DNA of 64,000 nucleotides from Candidatus Poribacteria bacterium (GTDB lineage Bacteria; Poribacteria; WGA-4E; WGA-3G): NCBI GenBank assembly GCA_963663765.2, contig CAXXUA010000005.1, positions 1,088,001 to 1,152,000 of the forward strand, read 5' to 3'. Shown piece by piece: positions 63,016 to 64,000 of this stretch (position 1 is its first letter; each line of letters starts with the position of its first letter). The notes under the pieces were generated by a model. It saw only the letters and a program-made list of their open reading frames with translations, ran no database searches and was not told where the DNA came from. The position numbers and the translations under genes were made by a program.

Positions 63016-63314
63016 TTATATTCCTCCATTTAATTTTGATTTAGTTTACAATACTTACTCCTATGTGTCAATGCTTTTGAATGTATATGTAAAGTTGCAA
63101 TTAAGCGAAATATAGAGTATAATTAAGAATAGAAAATGAATATAATAGGATGATTCTGAACTTATAGTTAATGTTATATTTTTATATATTTCACAAATTA
63201 AACATCTTATCGGATATTGAAAATAGTTTTATCTCCCAATTTTCTGTATTTGTATAGTTCTTCATGGGAACGGGGGATTTTAGGTGTAAACATTAGAGCT
63301 CGTTTGGGCAATAG

Positions 63315-64000
<686 letters not shown>

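Overview
Bacterial chromosomal window, very probably Candidatus Poribacteria. This is an inference from secreted WD40+dockerin proteins with the 'WHLPEGA-RLGKG' N-terminal motif, an 'NFPNPFNPETWIPY' FlgD-like C-terminal domain, an 'AVEPEGKLTTTWGNLK' tail, a sulfatase and several sugar isomerases. Housekeeping genes (ABC-F, thrB, mobA, msrA, pepP, nadC, gap) are interleaved with accessory DNA and with very dense, nested REP/MITE-like repeats. The main observations are: (1) a 12.1-kb transposase-free element (12544-24662) with terminal inverted repeats and an 8-bp target duplication, which splits a probable thrB/ABC-F operon and carries four mosaic, recombining WD40-dockerin genes; (2) an AT-rich three-gene operon (4113-5938) resembling a chaperone/antitoxin/ADP-ribosyltransferase defence module; (3) two tandem, diverged dnaN genes away from dnaA; (4) a MITE family making 17-bp target duplications, one copy of which disrupts a restriction endonuclease; (5) a 34-36-bp hairpin insertion element with covarying stems; (6) CRISPR-like REP tandem arrays, one enclosed by IS256-like ends; (7) an intact IS50-like IS4 element. 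All product calls come from motif recognition by eye; no database searches were run.
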